From: a virus
DNA length: 64,000 nt
Strand: one strand, 5' to 3'
Virus record (IMG/VR): IMGVR_UViG_3300035698_005399
Span: 19,495 to 83,494 of that record
Position 1 is the first letter of the stretch. Every line of letters starts with the position of its first letter. The notes under the pieces were generated by a model. The model saw nothing but the letters and a program-made list of their open reading frames with translations. It did not search any database and had not been told where the DNA came from. The position numbers and the translations under genes are program-made. This document shows positions 34,301 through 42,069 of this stretch, one piece after another.

Positions 34301-37114
34301 GCTAACTTAGAATATGACCGCAAAGTAAAAGAATTTACAAAACTTATCAAAGTTGCTTTACCTGAGTTAAAGAAATTATCAGAAGGAAATAACCCTTATG
34401 AAATTTTCCTACAAAAGGATAAAGATGGTGAACTTACTGGGGGATTAATTTTTCCATTTAGTCAAGACTTCTTTGATAAAAGATCTGAACTAAGACATAA
34501 AAGTCTTAAATCTGATAAAGGATATGAGCAATTTGTAGATTGGAAGAGATCTAATCTAATGATAATGGACCCAAGGATTCTATTTCCAGATGTTGAATTA
34601 TTCAAGCGTCAACAATATAGTGATGCTATGCGCGAAAAACATATTGCTGAACTAAAAGAACAAATGGGAGAAGAAGTATATGAAAAGTATTACAAAGAAT
34701 TAGAAAATAAAATTGGTCAATTCAAAGCTACCTACGAATATAAGAAGATGACTTCTACTGATGAAGAATTTGAAAATTGGAATAAAGAAAATTCACCATA
34801 CTGGTATGCTAGACTAATCAATGATAAGAATAAAATTACAGGTTCTGATGGTAAGAATATCTATTCATATGGATGGGAATATACTGTAGAGATTCCTAGA
34901 AAAACTAATAAAGTTGGTAAAGAAACAGGCTGGTATGATAAGAACTATGATAAAGTTCATCAGAATAAAGCTGTTAGTGAGTTGTATGAATTTATATCAA
35001 GTCAATTGACTGAAATGACCTCATATTTACCACCACACATTACCAAAGATATGCGTATTAATACCCTACCAGACTTAGAAGCAGCATGGTTAGAAGAAGT
35101 AAATGGTAGTGGAATGTCTGCAGCAGTAGGCATGGGTCGTATGATGGATGATTTAAAAAGAGTACTACGTTCTGAAGATAACTTAGAACAAATCAATCAA
35201 CCATTAGATCCATTAACAAAGCAACAAGAACGTTTTGTTCATGCTAGAAATCCAAGTATGTTGGAAAGTAAAGCTACTCAAAAATTAAATATTGCCAAAG
35301 CTAAATATCTAGCGGATACAGGAAAGAACATGCCATTCAAAGTGCAAGTTGCTACCAAGAAAAAGATTGTTGATGAATTAGTAAGAAGCTCAAGAAGATC
35401 CTTAGATTTGGAAAAAATCCTAAGAGGATATATTGCATCATCTACATTGTTTAAGCATAAATCATCTTTACAAGATGAAGTCAAGCTTGTTGAGAATGTA
35501 TTTATGAAACGAGTGGAATATGAAACAAATTCTGTTGGTGATAAAGTAACAGATGGCTATGGTAGAGATATCTTATCTCGTGCTAATCTAGCAAACTATA
35601 AGTCAATGCTACAATATCACTTGGATCATTTCTACAATCTTCCTGCTGAAAAAATTATGGGTAAGACCAATAAAAAACTATTGCTCACTGAAGAAAAAGC
35701 GGTTAAGCAAAGTATTGATGAAGCACAAACTGCATTAAATGAATCTTTAGCAGCAGGCTCTATTGAGCAAGAAGAATATGATGTACAATCTAAATACTTA
35801 GAAGAACAACTTAAAGGACTTGGTGGTGTAGTAACTGGTTCTGGTATGGTAAATCTAGTATTGCGTTATATCCACTTTAAAGGTATGGGTTGGAACGTAT
35901 TCTCTGCATTTTCTAACATGGGATTTGGTGTAATGGCCAACCTAGTAGAAGCAGCAGATGGTAGAACATTTACTACAAAAGAATTCTGGCAGGCAATGAA
36001 AATTGTTAAAGGTAGTATATTTAAAAATGCTACATTTAATCAAATGCAAACTGCAGATGCCATTAAGATTAGAAGCATCATGGATAAATATGACTTCTTA
36101 AAGACAAGCAAGAACGAAGTATATCGTTCACAACTGCATAATCAATTTGAAAAAGGTAGATTTTTATCTCCATATAACTTAACTGATAGATCAGAATACT
36201 TTAACCAAGCACCTGTTGTTGTAGCTATTATGTTACATCAAAAGATTAAGAATCTTAAAGGAGAAGAAGTTAGTCTATGGGAAGCTTTTGATAAGAATGG
36301 TGAATTCAATACTGCAGAATATGGAACAAATTGGCTGGTAGAAAAAAAGGGGGGAAGTCCCAGCCCTGAGATATCTTTCAGTATTCAGGTTGACCAAGCA
36401 ATTAAGAGAATTCATGGTAACTATGATCCAGAGAGTCCTTTGCAACTTAAAGAAACAGCTTTAGGTAGAGCATCTGCACAATTTAGAACATGGTTGTTTG
36501 AAGGTATGGCTGGTAGATTTGATACAAGAGGTGATAAAAATGGCATCTATGATGATGCTGCTGGAATTTATCTTAAAGGTCGTTATGTTTCATTATTTCA
36601 AGTAATGAGAGGTAATGAGGAACATAGCGGAATTAGTAATCTACTATTTACTACAAAACAATTATTTAGAAAACTTGCATCTGCTGCTCCATTTGTAGAT
36701 ATGCCTACAGAATTTGATAAAAGATTCAGTGAGGTAGATGCTGCTAACATGAGAGGCAACTTACAAGAGCTTGTTACATATGGTGTCTTATTAGGTCTTG
36801 CTGCGCTTCTAAAAGGTGCTGCTGGAGATGATGATGATATGGCAATTGCCAATTTATTACTCAATCAACTTAATAGATTACAAACGGATGTTGAAATGTA
36901 TATTAATCCTGCCACTTGGACTAAAACTGTATTAGATGATCCAATTCCTGGTACAAAAGTAATATCAGATTTTAGCAGATGGATGATTTCAGCAACTGAA
37001 TTTGTTCAAGGTAAAGATGGTTCTGGAGAAAAAATGTTTGATAATACACTCAAAATGACTCCGGGTCCTGGTCAAATTAAAAGATTATTTGACGCATCAG
37101 AACAAGTATATTAA
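22313..37114 (+). CDS. Giant virion-packaged DNA-dependent RNA polymerase (crAss-like) with zincin protease motif
   Basis: 4933 aa; FRIPTQG and catalytic GSDFDVDKL (nt ~30413-30439); KRL.A.IAPG; DAQ.F; HELTH zincin motif at 32858-32872. Confidence 0.85.
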   Translation: MRSVNAGGSKEPIKTGEVVNSGNTDNSIEFKKLRSVNPSSGTSFYAPDPKGQHQGLNLEDTYNQELVNKVIANNQSGYDKAFNAIVGGIASGGLTAVEDLSYMAQSAADLLSKGKLIDEWERNAVAEAMQKAKENLSEALPIYGNPMGFWNSTKSVLDSAIGFALPGALAIKGVSAIQKLPRALQLATRSKRAHAYLEMMRASGGVERITNALAAGTLQNHAEGVMMGMEVYENTLNNQLEANPNATKEQTDRYELAANDAADRFLVANRAMILSDAFSLHGIYQGKQMVRNLMNAPGWQNRFRQFGTSLVKPNADNLILQNAKEGVEEIYQGVQQKEQEYQALKSANLDISTYEAETFDRIWGFITEPTTLYEGLLGFVGGGAQRIITEAAAGKFSSSSRAQKAQAYEQQQAVIQASQEYLDGSLRDVRKVVNFVEQASGTESSVLGETVMDKKFIEIAVMNFEAGTTESLERQLDAIIENEEGTYEKEAISDARRHKELLGKLETQYIKFAKYENQLTLFDNRQAYDLTNRYADDVNKRKQIAFTTLQKEAALLVEGQTIAQDENGVIKNAPFILDPTSDTLIGVDDAAKEKYEKALNQLKDTEAYKEWKALSNQHDKLLGKRKLLNDAYKRDIDPTRQVDLYRVRKEKEEKIVKRAAEIVQEEIDAAQEAAVNESIEKKKADAPTKAKAKPTETTEEKTTPLSEQEEAEQSFLPVPLATNEDGTTQEGQDESTTESSLEAMSKELTSTGLMTAPELDRVDEARKILAKIKADIAEGIKNGLTVEQIVAQVLSKGYNFSSDQIDSLYDYIESRIERYNRLGARDSLDPIGDLRELHEAEALAETEEEKGEVEIAIAEINKPSVFAPVDAQQLFDHYIETIKGAITPWSTIEDIIEALKASDADFADRYERTDKETFHAKIDNLVTEFLNDAFEEEVDQNQRRLEDDRQKDEVTQEKEDAVEKIDEKTKESTVLNLEGAVIGLTYRASISSSGDVNAETIEDLEAFIFDNPWYNSLILDREHIKVGSKLTLRVIDHRRDGKKWTHKVKGVDVNQDVFKEEVPIEEYMDKVYIGAFDSNDEMIGLVYAPFQVSNFKGKQANRKIRQAVVENGDVEMEVDTITAGAIARMGKRAAFATNMPDSPILLNDGTIFTGDHPPKGFPLLFKGEDIKSYRGTTFTYIQTVDGPIPIPLNVNKARNIDGVIDILIKATESFFTQDTKSATEFRDTIKEKTNIDIFSEAGLRAFFNRYVYAADGGIMSDMAKRKSTYGGVSIWNREGVSIVEYGLGGEKKTNSFSAARMESNPENLGVAMKSLRNALAHTFLKVNKANLDGLDSKYTVLTLDKNGSIHDINEGKTYREFLAEKVFATNVATPKLSNGKRAHTISDVITLKPVGEQLKRAVENPTVEVNEKEEEAIENTAETRAKAILAKRKAKKANTDLDDYLPDFDSDKSDTKSSPDIITIDNDDLLIEHLTSTEQIQIIDYLASEIANLALQSDNLKAQDADISEVFRGFEKKLRDSVETQEWLAGIDDTFNLEAAKAKVKSLIARIDFLEKLVKNRLSVIGVVNENNTEVADTLIERNTYSEGFSLTLNPKDTAGAKLKYWLMRIKMEANGETVQSDFTETTGVEFDRYIPYDHAFEVLSEITAGHPADWDTMLEVIRINQGNLVWLPGLYNEIKDVKDEQLQNQFITAMTKRNTNMKKAAFRRNAENEFFFSVIDENSNSVTQATLEKWQINFLNNEKMFIHKEGKKTLDKDRLKELERIHDALTLRLIKSENVPLAEINELLGEFGISISKKIYDKLASKNKDGHLTLFRNGEKYTYNIAQVFQGFGPFSKKILIAPLAKDDSITDEFNLFSDNSLFSMARYVGQHDPTLSSNSFRVGDKSIYAYRLNNLITERIEELKDPRKALPLMKMAYNKHAGILEHMYKKEKGEFVFDENGLPIIKDESFVDLFQISDLSLEALKDLTSSLEGAGLIDLDEGSHEFAKVILYQAKQRRLKHSQKRVGTMLFPTFSDKTGADMVQTYLEDVVLNDDGTLSDQTAELIYQRVVRPEVNRIKANANRKEKYNIKSYNAGAALFYAFPELNDREAFPELYDKGILKPMDIVSKAAIRSAIKAHYQKLIDNKVADWKKHGLDDKMDKNYKKLLRESIAQKNITPEHMLRAAAADFEVNYTLNTADMFKLFHGDPALYFKISDKDVKNKQKNKKNLNAADYIQIVKDTFTNVGKRLAADIAPGQNIAYDFKSSFRMVLLPDQKRESTSLPYYARLKIKGLNDYKEIEGADAQEFTTFAEHLEILFKMGKLPTGVYKNALEKYTTWVKKEKAGIPLTKDDYISKKDLGLVMQPLKPVYTNNIATDGVYRRIYIKSSSIPLLPQLTNGLEIDKLRKAMERDGIDRAAFGTAFKVGAPLNPIEGMWNPDSTINEDTLSFKDSPAVLVLPRKGFRIQQEIPDKDEQVNPGSQERKLLFTDLLHIDGMKELKNEFNSAWDSLFELRKKVLYNELNDENNKLDFNKLQTMLKEEAVSRNWPINDRLALEVMNDQFTLPLWAMQSRGRIEALLNSIIDNKIRKIKFPGKSFVLATEEGFRQLQGTDLKNSGIKFNKYWKGELTHTSADKQTTDVIVPWKYTNDKGEKIPIPLTSEGLVDTDKLGDEDLGRMFGFRIPTQGLNSMANIRVVGYLPAEMGDVIIASRDFTKQMGSDFDVDKLYSYRKHYYTDNQGKIRTITEKTIAADLPKHMQNKLVEMKLINKIIDIHYQVMDNSDVEIQKRIAEPLSFQELKKQDAEGNEIGLAKKHDDLRNQNTDKSFFSPMSSNYQRGKLINGTAGKAGVGAFSLDSVFNAMIQGRNVTVTNFQKTMFGITTNGDLSSPFVLSDNGRTKGEVVSGYQSAAVDNENEQILDKLNINKHTFAFIRAMNQLGYEESHAAAILNQPIIRKLVARLGAAESPLSDDQVNDDSVLLDELTKEFEEIKINPDINLSVEEYEKAIPGDKSVPYYAQIQIEAIENFLTIRKLGRRLGTFQGLMNTDSAGIGKNMMFTFTKYNDAQQAAKQSITLDGEKGNITNMDSLINPNAETPTNEFSSMSNRHILKTAYELFGVFFPYNTPGFREMVHQTSTVSNEDFDSSLNQKTNNRNKLFSHFMSYTYSAMFEDNEKLYFDSKDKNALGQNILKLQQSEIKGNKFLRKLKVRLQRGIIPTTITINATKEDSSQDLDTHIAFTELLNSTQEIDGVRVSDMARDLISYAYLTGGHQQATQFTKYIPVSYLVNTDFADKLNKLDFNNKAALLNMNPNIPIEEPFYKRLAGFTIQYAQHNPWVLTQDSTLDHNKEVIYDKTIVDEAPSIVSKRVEEPSGKAKWVIFIKTDINGEPALMRTDKLGGSQTREYNKNEPTSNNTKFDKTKNKKVLQPSPKKVDSTQPKLVEPANKTNPLNITAGKNTDNILISILSHPDISPELKAYAQELAELGILNDNITWKILDKSNPAKGKHHGNAKGSTIFINPDRHATAEDLAETILHELTHAITAYQIHSYEKNKNSVSPKMQESMAKLEQFMDKAQEIFKEQKEELKKKLSTEEFNKLEYALGLNAANKTPLSGVRELLATARTNKTVKDFLNNNIWQGKKSLMERFLELISRIWKDLGIKNGGDVSKGVLAEMYNIVQESNNVAKKPDINDSALGIKDDAYSDKLPAFTGDQWNAKNAAEIELGMRHKDGAPKRYSNYERALARLQALRKKHPHKKMKMAKVMGEPGDNRVYYSPALENEMYDDYLPMFDLDEESRVYADLESVIKSQLQEVNRRIGEYKNILRNEHMSIADKRDAVAAMDRLNTRRKDLAESVKASKKLISPRELGPFGEKHLQEIEEIVDKDDMNASEIEYANRLIHLWQAAGKRDLRPDEEHVFLTREELENDMWFDGDETFAGFNYYANKAAKFKSKLANRERAIVGNFVRKYTRTELSDDDIFGAITDAYLLSSMTLDVSRHNDPMLNAIFIGIKSKIKAANLEYDRKVKEFTKLIKVALPELKKLSEGNNPYEIFLQKDKDGELTGGLIFPFSQDFFDKRSELRHKSLKSDKGYEQFVDWKRSNLMIMDPRILFPDVELFKRQQYSDAMREKHIAELKEQMGEEVYEKYYKELENKIGQFKATYEYKKMTSTDEEFENWNKENSPYWYARLINDKNKITGSDGKNIYSYGWEYTVEIPRKTNKVGKETGWYDKNYDKVHQNKAVSELYEFISSQLTEMTSYLPPHITKDMRINTLPDLEAAWLEEVNGSGMSAAVGMGRMMDDLKRVLRSEDNLEQINQPLDPLTKQQERFVHARNPSMLESKATQKLNIAKAKYLADTGKNMPFKVQVATKKKIVDELVRSSRRSLDLEKILRGYIASSTLFKHKSSLQDEVKLVENVFMKRVEYETNSVGDKVTDGYGRDILSRANLANYKSMLQYHLDHFYNLPAEKIMGKTNKKLLLTEEKAVKQSIDEAQTALNESLAAGSIEQEEYDVQSKYLEEQLKGLGGVVTGSGMVNLVLRYIHFKGMGWNVFSAFSNMGFGVMANLVEAADGRTFTTKEFWQAMKIVKGSIFKNATFNQMQTADAIKIRSIMDKYDFLKTSKNEVYRSQLHNQFEKGRFLSPYNLTDRSEYFNQAPVVVAIMLHQKIKNLKGEEVSLWEAFDKNGEFNTAEYGTNWLVEKKGGSPSPEISFSIQVDQAIKRIHGNYDPESPLQLKETALGRASAQFRTWLFEGMAGRFDTRGDKNGIYDDAAGIYLKGRYVSLFQVMRGNEEHSGISNLLFTTKQLFRKLASAAPFVDMPTEFDKRFSEVDAANMRGNLQELVTYGVLLGLAALLKGAAGDDDDMAIANLLLNQLNRLQTDVEMYINPATWTKTVLDDPIPGTKVISDFSRWMISATEFVQGKDGSGEKMFDNTLKMTPGPGQIKRLFDASEQVY

Positions 37115-37117
37115 TAA

Positions 37118-37160
37118 AAACAAAGGGACTACAGAAATGTAAATCCCTTTGTTTCTTTTT
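37118..37160. terminator. Probable bidirectional intrinsic terminator at the convergence of the two gene blocks
   Basis: Stem AAACAAAGGGA (37118-37128) / TCCCTTTGTTT (37144-37154), inner TACA-GAAA-TGTA hairpin, T-rich tails on both strands. Confidence 0.75.
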
Positions 37161-37380
37161 CAAATTTATGGCCAAGATATTTAACAATATCTGTCTGACC
37201 ATAATATATACCATCACGAATTGATTGTTGATTATTGAGAAGTAGGCTAAGTAATTGGTCTACTTCTTGTTCATTTAGGTCTGACTCTAATTGACTTTCA
37301 AATTCACATTTATATGTTTCATCAAAAATACTACAATTTATTAAACGTTGGAGATTTGAAATATCATAAAGATCTAACAT
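37129..37380 (-). CDS. Hypothetical protein
   Basis: 83-aa ORF coupled to the upstream gene (TAATG); its 3' end overlaps the terminator. Confidence 0.55.
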   Translation of the reverse strand: MLDLYDISNLQRLINCSIFDETYKCEFESQLESDLNEQEVDQLLSLLLNNQQSIRDGIYYGQTDIVKYLGHKFEKETKGFTFL

Positions 37381-37817
37381 TACTTAATCTTATTAAATTC
37401 GTCTGCTAAAAGTTCAGCTTCACTTTTTTGATGCGCTGCATCCCATCTTTGTATACCACTATGATTGGTTGCTCGAGTAGGCTGATATGGTTCATTACTT
37501 AGATCATCCATATTCCAACCATATAATTTCTCATTCTGCTTTATATCTATGTCCCGTGGTGCTGTATTCATTTTTCGAAATTCTGCATCTATAGCATGTA
37601 TATCAAGAATTGAAACATCATTTCCTGGTGTAGTACTTTCAACTTCTTCTGCAAAACTCCACAACTTGTTAGAACTAGTTTCTACAAGATTATAAAGAAC
37701 ATCTAATTCTGTTTCTGATATTTTACCAGACATCTCGCGTAAAGGATCATACAACGAATATGTAAGTTTGTCAATCATCACAATGACATCTTTTATCTTT
37801 TTTAAATTTTCATTCAT
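37380..37817 (-). CDS. Hypothetical protein
   Basis: ATG at 37817 preferred over TTG at 37850. Confidence 0.55.
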   Translation of the reverse strand: MNENLKKIKDVIVMIDKLTYSLYDPLREMSGKISETELDVLYNLVETSSNKLWSFAEEVESTTPGNDVSILDIHAIDAEFRKMNTAPRDIDIKQNEKLYGWNMDDLSNEPYQPTRATNHSGIQRWDAAHQKSEAELLADEFNKIK

Positions 37818-37995
37818 CTTTTTCTCTTTTACTATATAATTCTCGGACAAATTCTCCTAGTTCAATATCAGAACCTTCTTTTTTAACATTCAATATTTTA
37901 TTCATTGTTGCTAAAATTTGAGCTTGTCTAAGTGTCATTCTATCAAATACCACATGTCCAAAATCTGGGTGGTCTACTATTACTTCATAACTCAT
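37810..37995 (-). CDS. Hypothetical protein
   Basis: Short ORF overlapping both neighbours. Confidence 0.5.
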   Translation of the reverse strand: MSYEVIVDHPDFGHVVFDRMTLRQAQILATMNKILNVKKEGSDIELGEFVRELYSKREKDE

Positions 37996-38278
37996 GATCA
38001 ATTCTATTTAAATACGATTCTACTATTCTTGCACAACCAAATATATACATACCAAGTTCAACTATAGTATTCCAAAATACTTGTAATTCTTCTAGTGTAT
38101 AATATGCGTCTTCTTCCCCTAGTTGTTCTAAGTGTAATAAGTATATAAAATATTGATATTCTAATACATTTTTAATATCTAGTTGTTCAGCTTCGCATAA
38201 TTCGTTTAAGCTAGTGCAATACATGTCTATATTTGGGATTGCATATACATCATCTTCAGCGAAGCAACGATATTCCAT
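37985..38278 (-). CDS. Hypothetical protein
   Basis: 97-aa acidic ORF, TAATG-coupled. Confidence 0.55.
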   Translation of the reverse strand: MEYRCFAEDDVYAIPNIDMYCTSLNELCEAEQLDIKNVLEYQYFIYLLHLEQLGEEDAYYTLEELQVFWNTIVELGMYIFGCARIVESYLNRIDHEL

Positions 38279-38658
38279 TAAAGTATATTATTTTGTTTTA
38301 GGAGTTTTTCCACACCATTCCAATTAACATATGGTCTTCTATTATTATCTACTGGATGAAACAAAGGTACTCCAATTGCAGCATCATCAATATAATAATT
38401 GGCATATGCTTTTGGAGAATCTGTCCATTCATGTTGTGAAGGATTTGCGTTTACACCAAACAAAGGAACCCCAATAGTTTCTTTCATAAATGCAACTGCT
38501 TCCTTCAATTCTTTTCCGCTACGCATCGTGTATAGGATAAGGTGATGTCCTTTTACTACTAATGCTTTTAATACACGTCTACAATGGGGAATTTCTGTAC
38601 CTATTTCTGGGTACACATGTTCCACTACTGTTCCGTCAAAATCTACTGCTATAATCAT
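38278..38658 (-). CDS. HAD-superfamily hydrolase/phosphatase
   Basis: IIAVDFDGT motif I, LILYTMR motif II, K..A.YYIDD motifs III/IV; ATG overlaps the RNR stop. Confidence 0.8.
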   Translation of the reverse strand: MIIAVDFDGTVVEHVYPEIGTEIPHCRRVLKALVVKGHHLILYTMRSGKELKEAVAFMKETIGVPLFGVNANPSQHEWTDSPKAYANYYIDDAAIGVPLFHPVDNNRRPYVNWNGVEKLLKQNNIL

Positions 38659-41183
38659 TAACATTTGCTTTCTCCACAAGCCTTACATATTTGACAACCT
38701 TCTTCAAACACTACTTGATCACTACCACAGTTATCACAAACTACAGTAGACTTACTTCCATCAGGAATATATTTCTTTAGACATCGTGCAATTGCTTTAC
38801 TGAATGAAGTAATTCCACCTTTTGTTTTGTTTAATTGTTCGACAACAAATTTAATATCTGCACCATGTCTAAGAGCAGTTGATACCAATCTTGCAATAGC
38901 TTCTTGTTCGTCTGACATTGCGCTTGCAAAATCAAATGAATGTACACTACCAGATTGATATGTGTATCTACCTCTAGTTTCCTTTAAAAGTTCACCTTTG
39001 CCTGCTTTAAAATGTTCACCATGCATTACGAATACTTCGTATGGTTTACCATCAAATAAGCCAACCACAACATTATATGTATCTCCTTTAACACTTGTTA
39101 TATGAGATTCTGCAACTAATGCTTTAGGTCGTTTGGGCGCATCATTATAATCAAACGCAATCTGTTTAGATTCATCACTGATTAATACACCATCTCTACA
39201 ACCATCCCTATATATTGTTACACCTTTAAGGTTTTTCTTCCATGCTTCAATATAAATTTTAGCAACTTCATCTTTTGTTACATCTTTGGGAAGATTGATA
39301 GTAGAACTAATACTATGTGATGTATATTTTTGAATTACAGCTTGCATGTCTAACCTAGCCATCCAATTAATATCATTTGCTGTAGAACCAAACCAAGGAG
39401 ATTTTTCAAATAATTTTTGAACATTTTCTTTGCTTAGAGCAGCTACATTAATTCCTGGGTCTTTTTCAATCCAAAATTTAAATTGTGGATGTAATATTGG
39501 AAATTCTTGCCATTGATCACCATTCTTATCAGTAAAATCTACTCTTGTATTTTTATCTATAGGATTGATTTTCTTACGTCTTAAATAATAAGGCAAAAAT
39601 AATGGTTCGATTCCACTACTGGTCTGTGTTAAAATACTCATAGAACCGGCTGGTGCTACAGTAGACCAACTTACATTCCGTCTACCATATTTGATCATCC
39701 TTTCAACTTGTTCTGGAAATTCTTCCACAAGCATTTGATAGAAATCATTACGACCTTTAGTAAATCCGCCTCTATCTGTAAAGAATTCTAAATTAGAATC
39801 ATATCCTTCAAAACTACCTTTAAGAATAGCAAGATCAGTCATACAATCTAATTCAGCTTTCATCTTAAGCTTCATTATACTTTCTACTTTGGCCAATGCT
39901 TCTTTACTATCGTATTGAAGTCCCATTAAAGCAAGCATATCAGCTAGTGCGGTAAGACCACTACCAGTTCTACGCGAAGCTTTAGCAGTAGTATAAATAT
40001 TCTCCCATAGTTCTAATTCTGTAAGTTTAGAATCTTCAGGATCAGTTTTAATCTTTTCAATAATTCTAAGAACATAATCCAATTCCAAGTCTACAATTAA
40101 GTCAGACATGTATTGTAATTCATAGAATAAGCGATAGATCATAGCATCATCATGTCCAACAAGTGAAAGTAAATTCCGTAGAATGAGTCTGCACGCATCA
40201 TAAATCTGCATAAATATTTCCCCGCATGGATTTGTAGTAACTCCACGAAATTGGGGATAAACTCCATCAGGAGAATAATTCCAGTGTTTATCAATAAATA
40301 TTTGGCCCGGTTCAGCATTGTCCCAAGCATTTTCAACGATTTGTTCATATAATTCTTTTGCTTTAATTTTTTTGTAATATCCTAATGCTCCTTCTGTTAA
40401 TGTATTGTATTCAATAGAATCCAATTTAACACCAGAATCAAGATTTGGTGCTATATCACAAGGAAATCTTAAGATATAATCCTTATCTGCTAATACTGCC
40501 TCCATGAAATCATCACGAAGCATTACAGAAATGTTTGCGCCAGTAACTTTAGTTCGATCCTTCTTAATGTTTACAAATTCAAAGACATCTGGATGCCTAC
40601 AATCCATTGTAATCATTAATGCTCCCCTGCGTCCATTCTGAGCTACCTCTCGCGTGGTATTAGAAAATCTATGTGTGAAACTAACAGCTCCAGTAGAAGT
40701 CCTCGCAGCATTGGTCGTAGGAGTTTGTGATGGCCTTAGTGTAGATATATCAATGCCTACTCCACCACGCCTTTTCATAAGTTGAGCTAATTGCTCATCC
40801 TTTTTCATAATACCTCCATAACTATCTTCTGGTTGACCTACCACAAAACAATTACTCAAAGAACCAATCATATCAGTTCCTAATATTGCCATAATGCTTC
40901 CTTGTGGAACAATATGGTCAAAGTTTGTTAGATTGCTAAAGAAATAATCTTGGCCGTAATGATTAATTCTTGGGTATAACATTTTACCAAAACCTGATAA
41001 ATCATTAAAGTTTTTTTTAAACTTTTTTTGGTTAAACGTTTCAGTATGTTTTCTTAAAAACTCATGTGCCATCCTTTCATGGGTAGCATCAGGAGTTAGT
41101 TCGTTTTGATCAGCATACTTCGATATAAATACCGAGGCTGCTAATTCATCTTCTTTAAAATAATGTAATAATTCTTTGTTCAT
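38658..41183 (-). CDS. nrdJ: Class II (adenosylcobalamin-dependent) ribonucleotide reductase
   Basis: SLSNCF, GGVG.D.S.LRP, AQNGRRGA, TNPCGEI, TVAPAG..S, SISSTINLP, KG.TIYRDG, C-terminal TSCPD-like domain and CxxC...CxxC..SKC; no small-subunit gene nearby. Confidence 0.9.
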   Translation of the reverse strand: MNKELLHYFKEDELAASVFISKYADQNELTPDATHERMAHEFLRKHTETFNQKKFKKNFNDLSGFGKMLYPRINHYGQDYFFSNLTNFDHIVPQGSIMAILGTDMIGSLSNCFVVGQPEDSYGGIMKKDEQLAQLMKRRGGVGIDISTLRPSQTPTTNAARTSTGAVSFTHRFSNTTREVAQNGRRGALMITMDCRHPDVFEFVNIKKDRTKVTGANISVMLRDDFMEAVLADKDYILRFPCDIAPNLDSGVKLDSIEYNTLTEGALGYYKKIKAKELYEQIVENAWDNAEPGQIFIDKHWNYSPDGVYPQFRGVTTNPCGEIFMQIYDACRLILRNLLSLVGHDDAMIYRLFYELQYMSDLIVDLELDYVLRIIEKIKTDPEDSKLTELELWENIYTTAKASRRTGSGLTALADMLALMGLQYDSKEALAKVESIMKLKMKAELDCMTDLAILKGSFEGYDSNLEFFTDRGGFTKGRNDFYQMLVEEFPEQVERMIKYGRRNVSWSTVAPAGSMSILTQTSSGIEPLFLPYYLRRKKINPIDKNTRVDFTDKNGDQWQEFPILHPQFKFWIEKDPGINVAALSKENVQKLFEKSPWFGSTANDINWMARLDMQAVIQKYTSHSISSTINLPKDVTKDEVAKIYIEAWKKNLKGVTIYRDGCRDGVLISDESKQIAFDYNDAPKRPKALVAESHITSVKGDTYNVVVGLFDGKPYEVFVMHGEHFKAGKGELLKETRGRYTYQSGSVHSFDFASAMSDEQEAIARLVSTALRHGADIKFVVEQLNKTKGGITSFSKAIARCLKKYIPDGSKSTVVCDNCGSDQVVFEEGCQICKACGESKC

Positions 41184-41233
41184 AAACTATCTAAGCTTTG
41201 AGTAATATATAACGCTCAGATTTGTAAAAAGTT

Positions 41234-41542
41234 TCACGTAGGAAGAGTAATTTCAATTTGTTTTTTTAGCACGACTTCTTGATAATAATACGCCATTGCA
41301 TTGAACATAATGCCTCCAACATGATGTATGTTGTTTTCTGGATCTAGTTCTTCTCCATTACTTAGGGCATGTGCGTGTCGTAATAAGCTATCTATAAGCT
41401 TTTCCTTTGGGAATCCATCTTTCCAGTTGTCACGTTCATATTTTTGACAACCAAACATCATTACTTCAACCAAAGGAGTTAATGCTTCATAGTCTAATAA
41501 TGACCATTCTAATTTTCCTTCATTAAATCTTTGTGCACCCAT
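41234..41542 (-). CDS. dATP/dGTP diphosphohydrolase-domain protein (DUF5664-like)
   Basis: RFNEGK..W.LL...AL..L.EV..FG..KY...NW..G, SLLRH and DPE....H motifs. Confidence 0.75.
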   Translation of the reverse strand: MGAQRFNEGKLEWSLLDYEALTPLVEVMMFGCQKYERDNWKDGFPKEKLIDSLLRHAHALSNGEELDPENNIHHVGGIMFNAMAYYYQEVVLKKQIEITLPT

Positions 41543-42069
41543 AATAATGATTTATTAAATGTTTCTTCTTTCACGTTAATAAGAGAATCATATTCTTCTG
41601 CTTCAAAGTCATCTTTTAAGCCTAGATCTTTTATAATCTCTTCTCTTTTTTCCTCTGTTTTAGCTAAAATATGATATGCTTGTACAGGTCTACTACGAAC
41701 TTTAAAATTATCTTTTAAAAATTTAATAGTATACATCTCACTATACTTACTTTCTATAAAGGCTTCATATGCTTTTATATCAACTACTTTTATAACAATG
41801 ATAAAATGATCATTGCCAACCTCATAGTGGGTATCATAAATATCACATTCTACAATAGTTGGTAAAAGGAGATCCAAAATATTATTGCTATTCGTTTTCA
41901 CTAAAATAAATAACTTTTCTTTTGGGTCTCCTTGGTAATCAACATCGTTAATATAAGCATTAAACAAACAATCTTTTTGAGCAAGTTTATCCATTGCGTG
42001 AGATATACAACCATTCTCACTAAAATATACAGAAGGAAACAAGTATTTAAATGTTCTTGTTTTTTGCAT
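41509..42069 (-). CDS. Hypothetical protein
   Basis: 186 aa; YLFP and F..SKYSEMY motifs resemble a conserved crAss-like hypothetical protein. Confidence 0.6.
   Translation of the reverse strand: MQKTRTFKYLFPSVYFSENGCISHAMDKLAQKDCLFNAYINDVDYQGDPKEKLFILVKTNSNNILDLLLPTIVECDIYDTHYEVGNDHFIIVIKVVDIKAYEAFIESKYSEMYTIKFLKDNFKVRSRPVQAYHILAKTEEKREEIIKDLGLKDDFEAEEYDSLINVKEETFNKSLLWVHKDLMKEN

Noticed and set aside
182-36864. Many 60-185 aa antisense or alternate-frame ORFs inside the structural genes, and + strand ORFs inside the replication block
   Set aside because: They are shadows of the real genes: fully nested, with no motifs.
41196-41222. Hairpin/terminator upstream of nrdJ
   Set aside because: Only a 4-5 bp stem (TGAG/CTCA) and no convincing U-tract.
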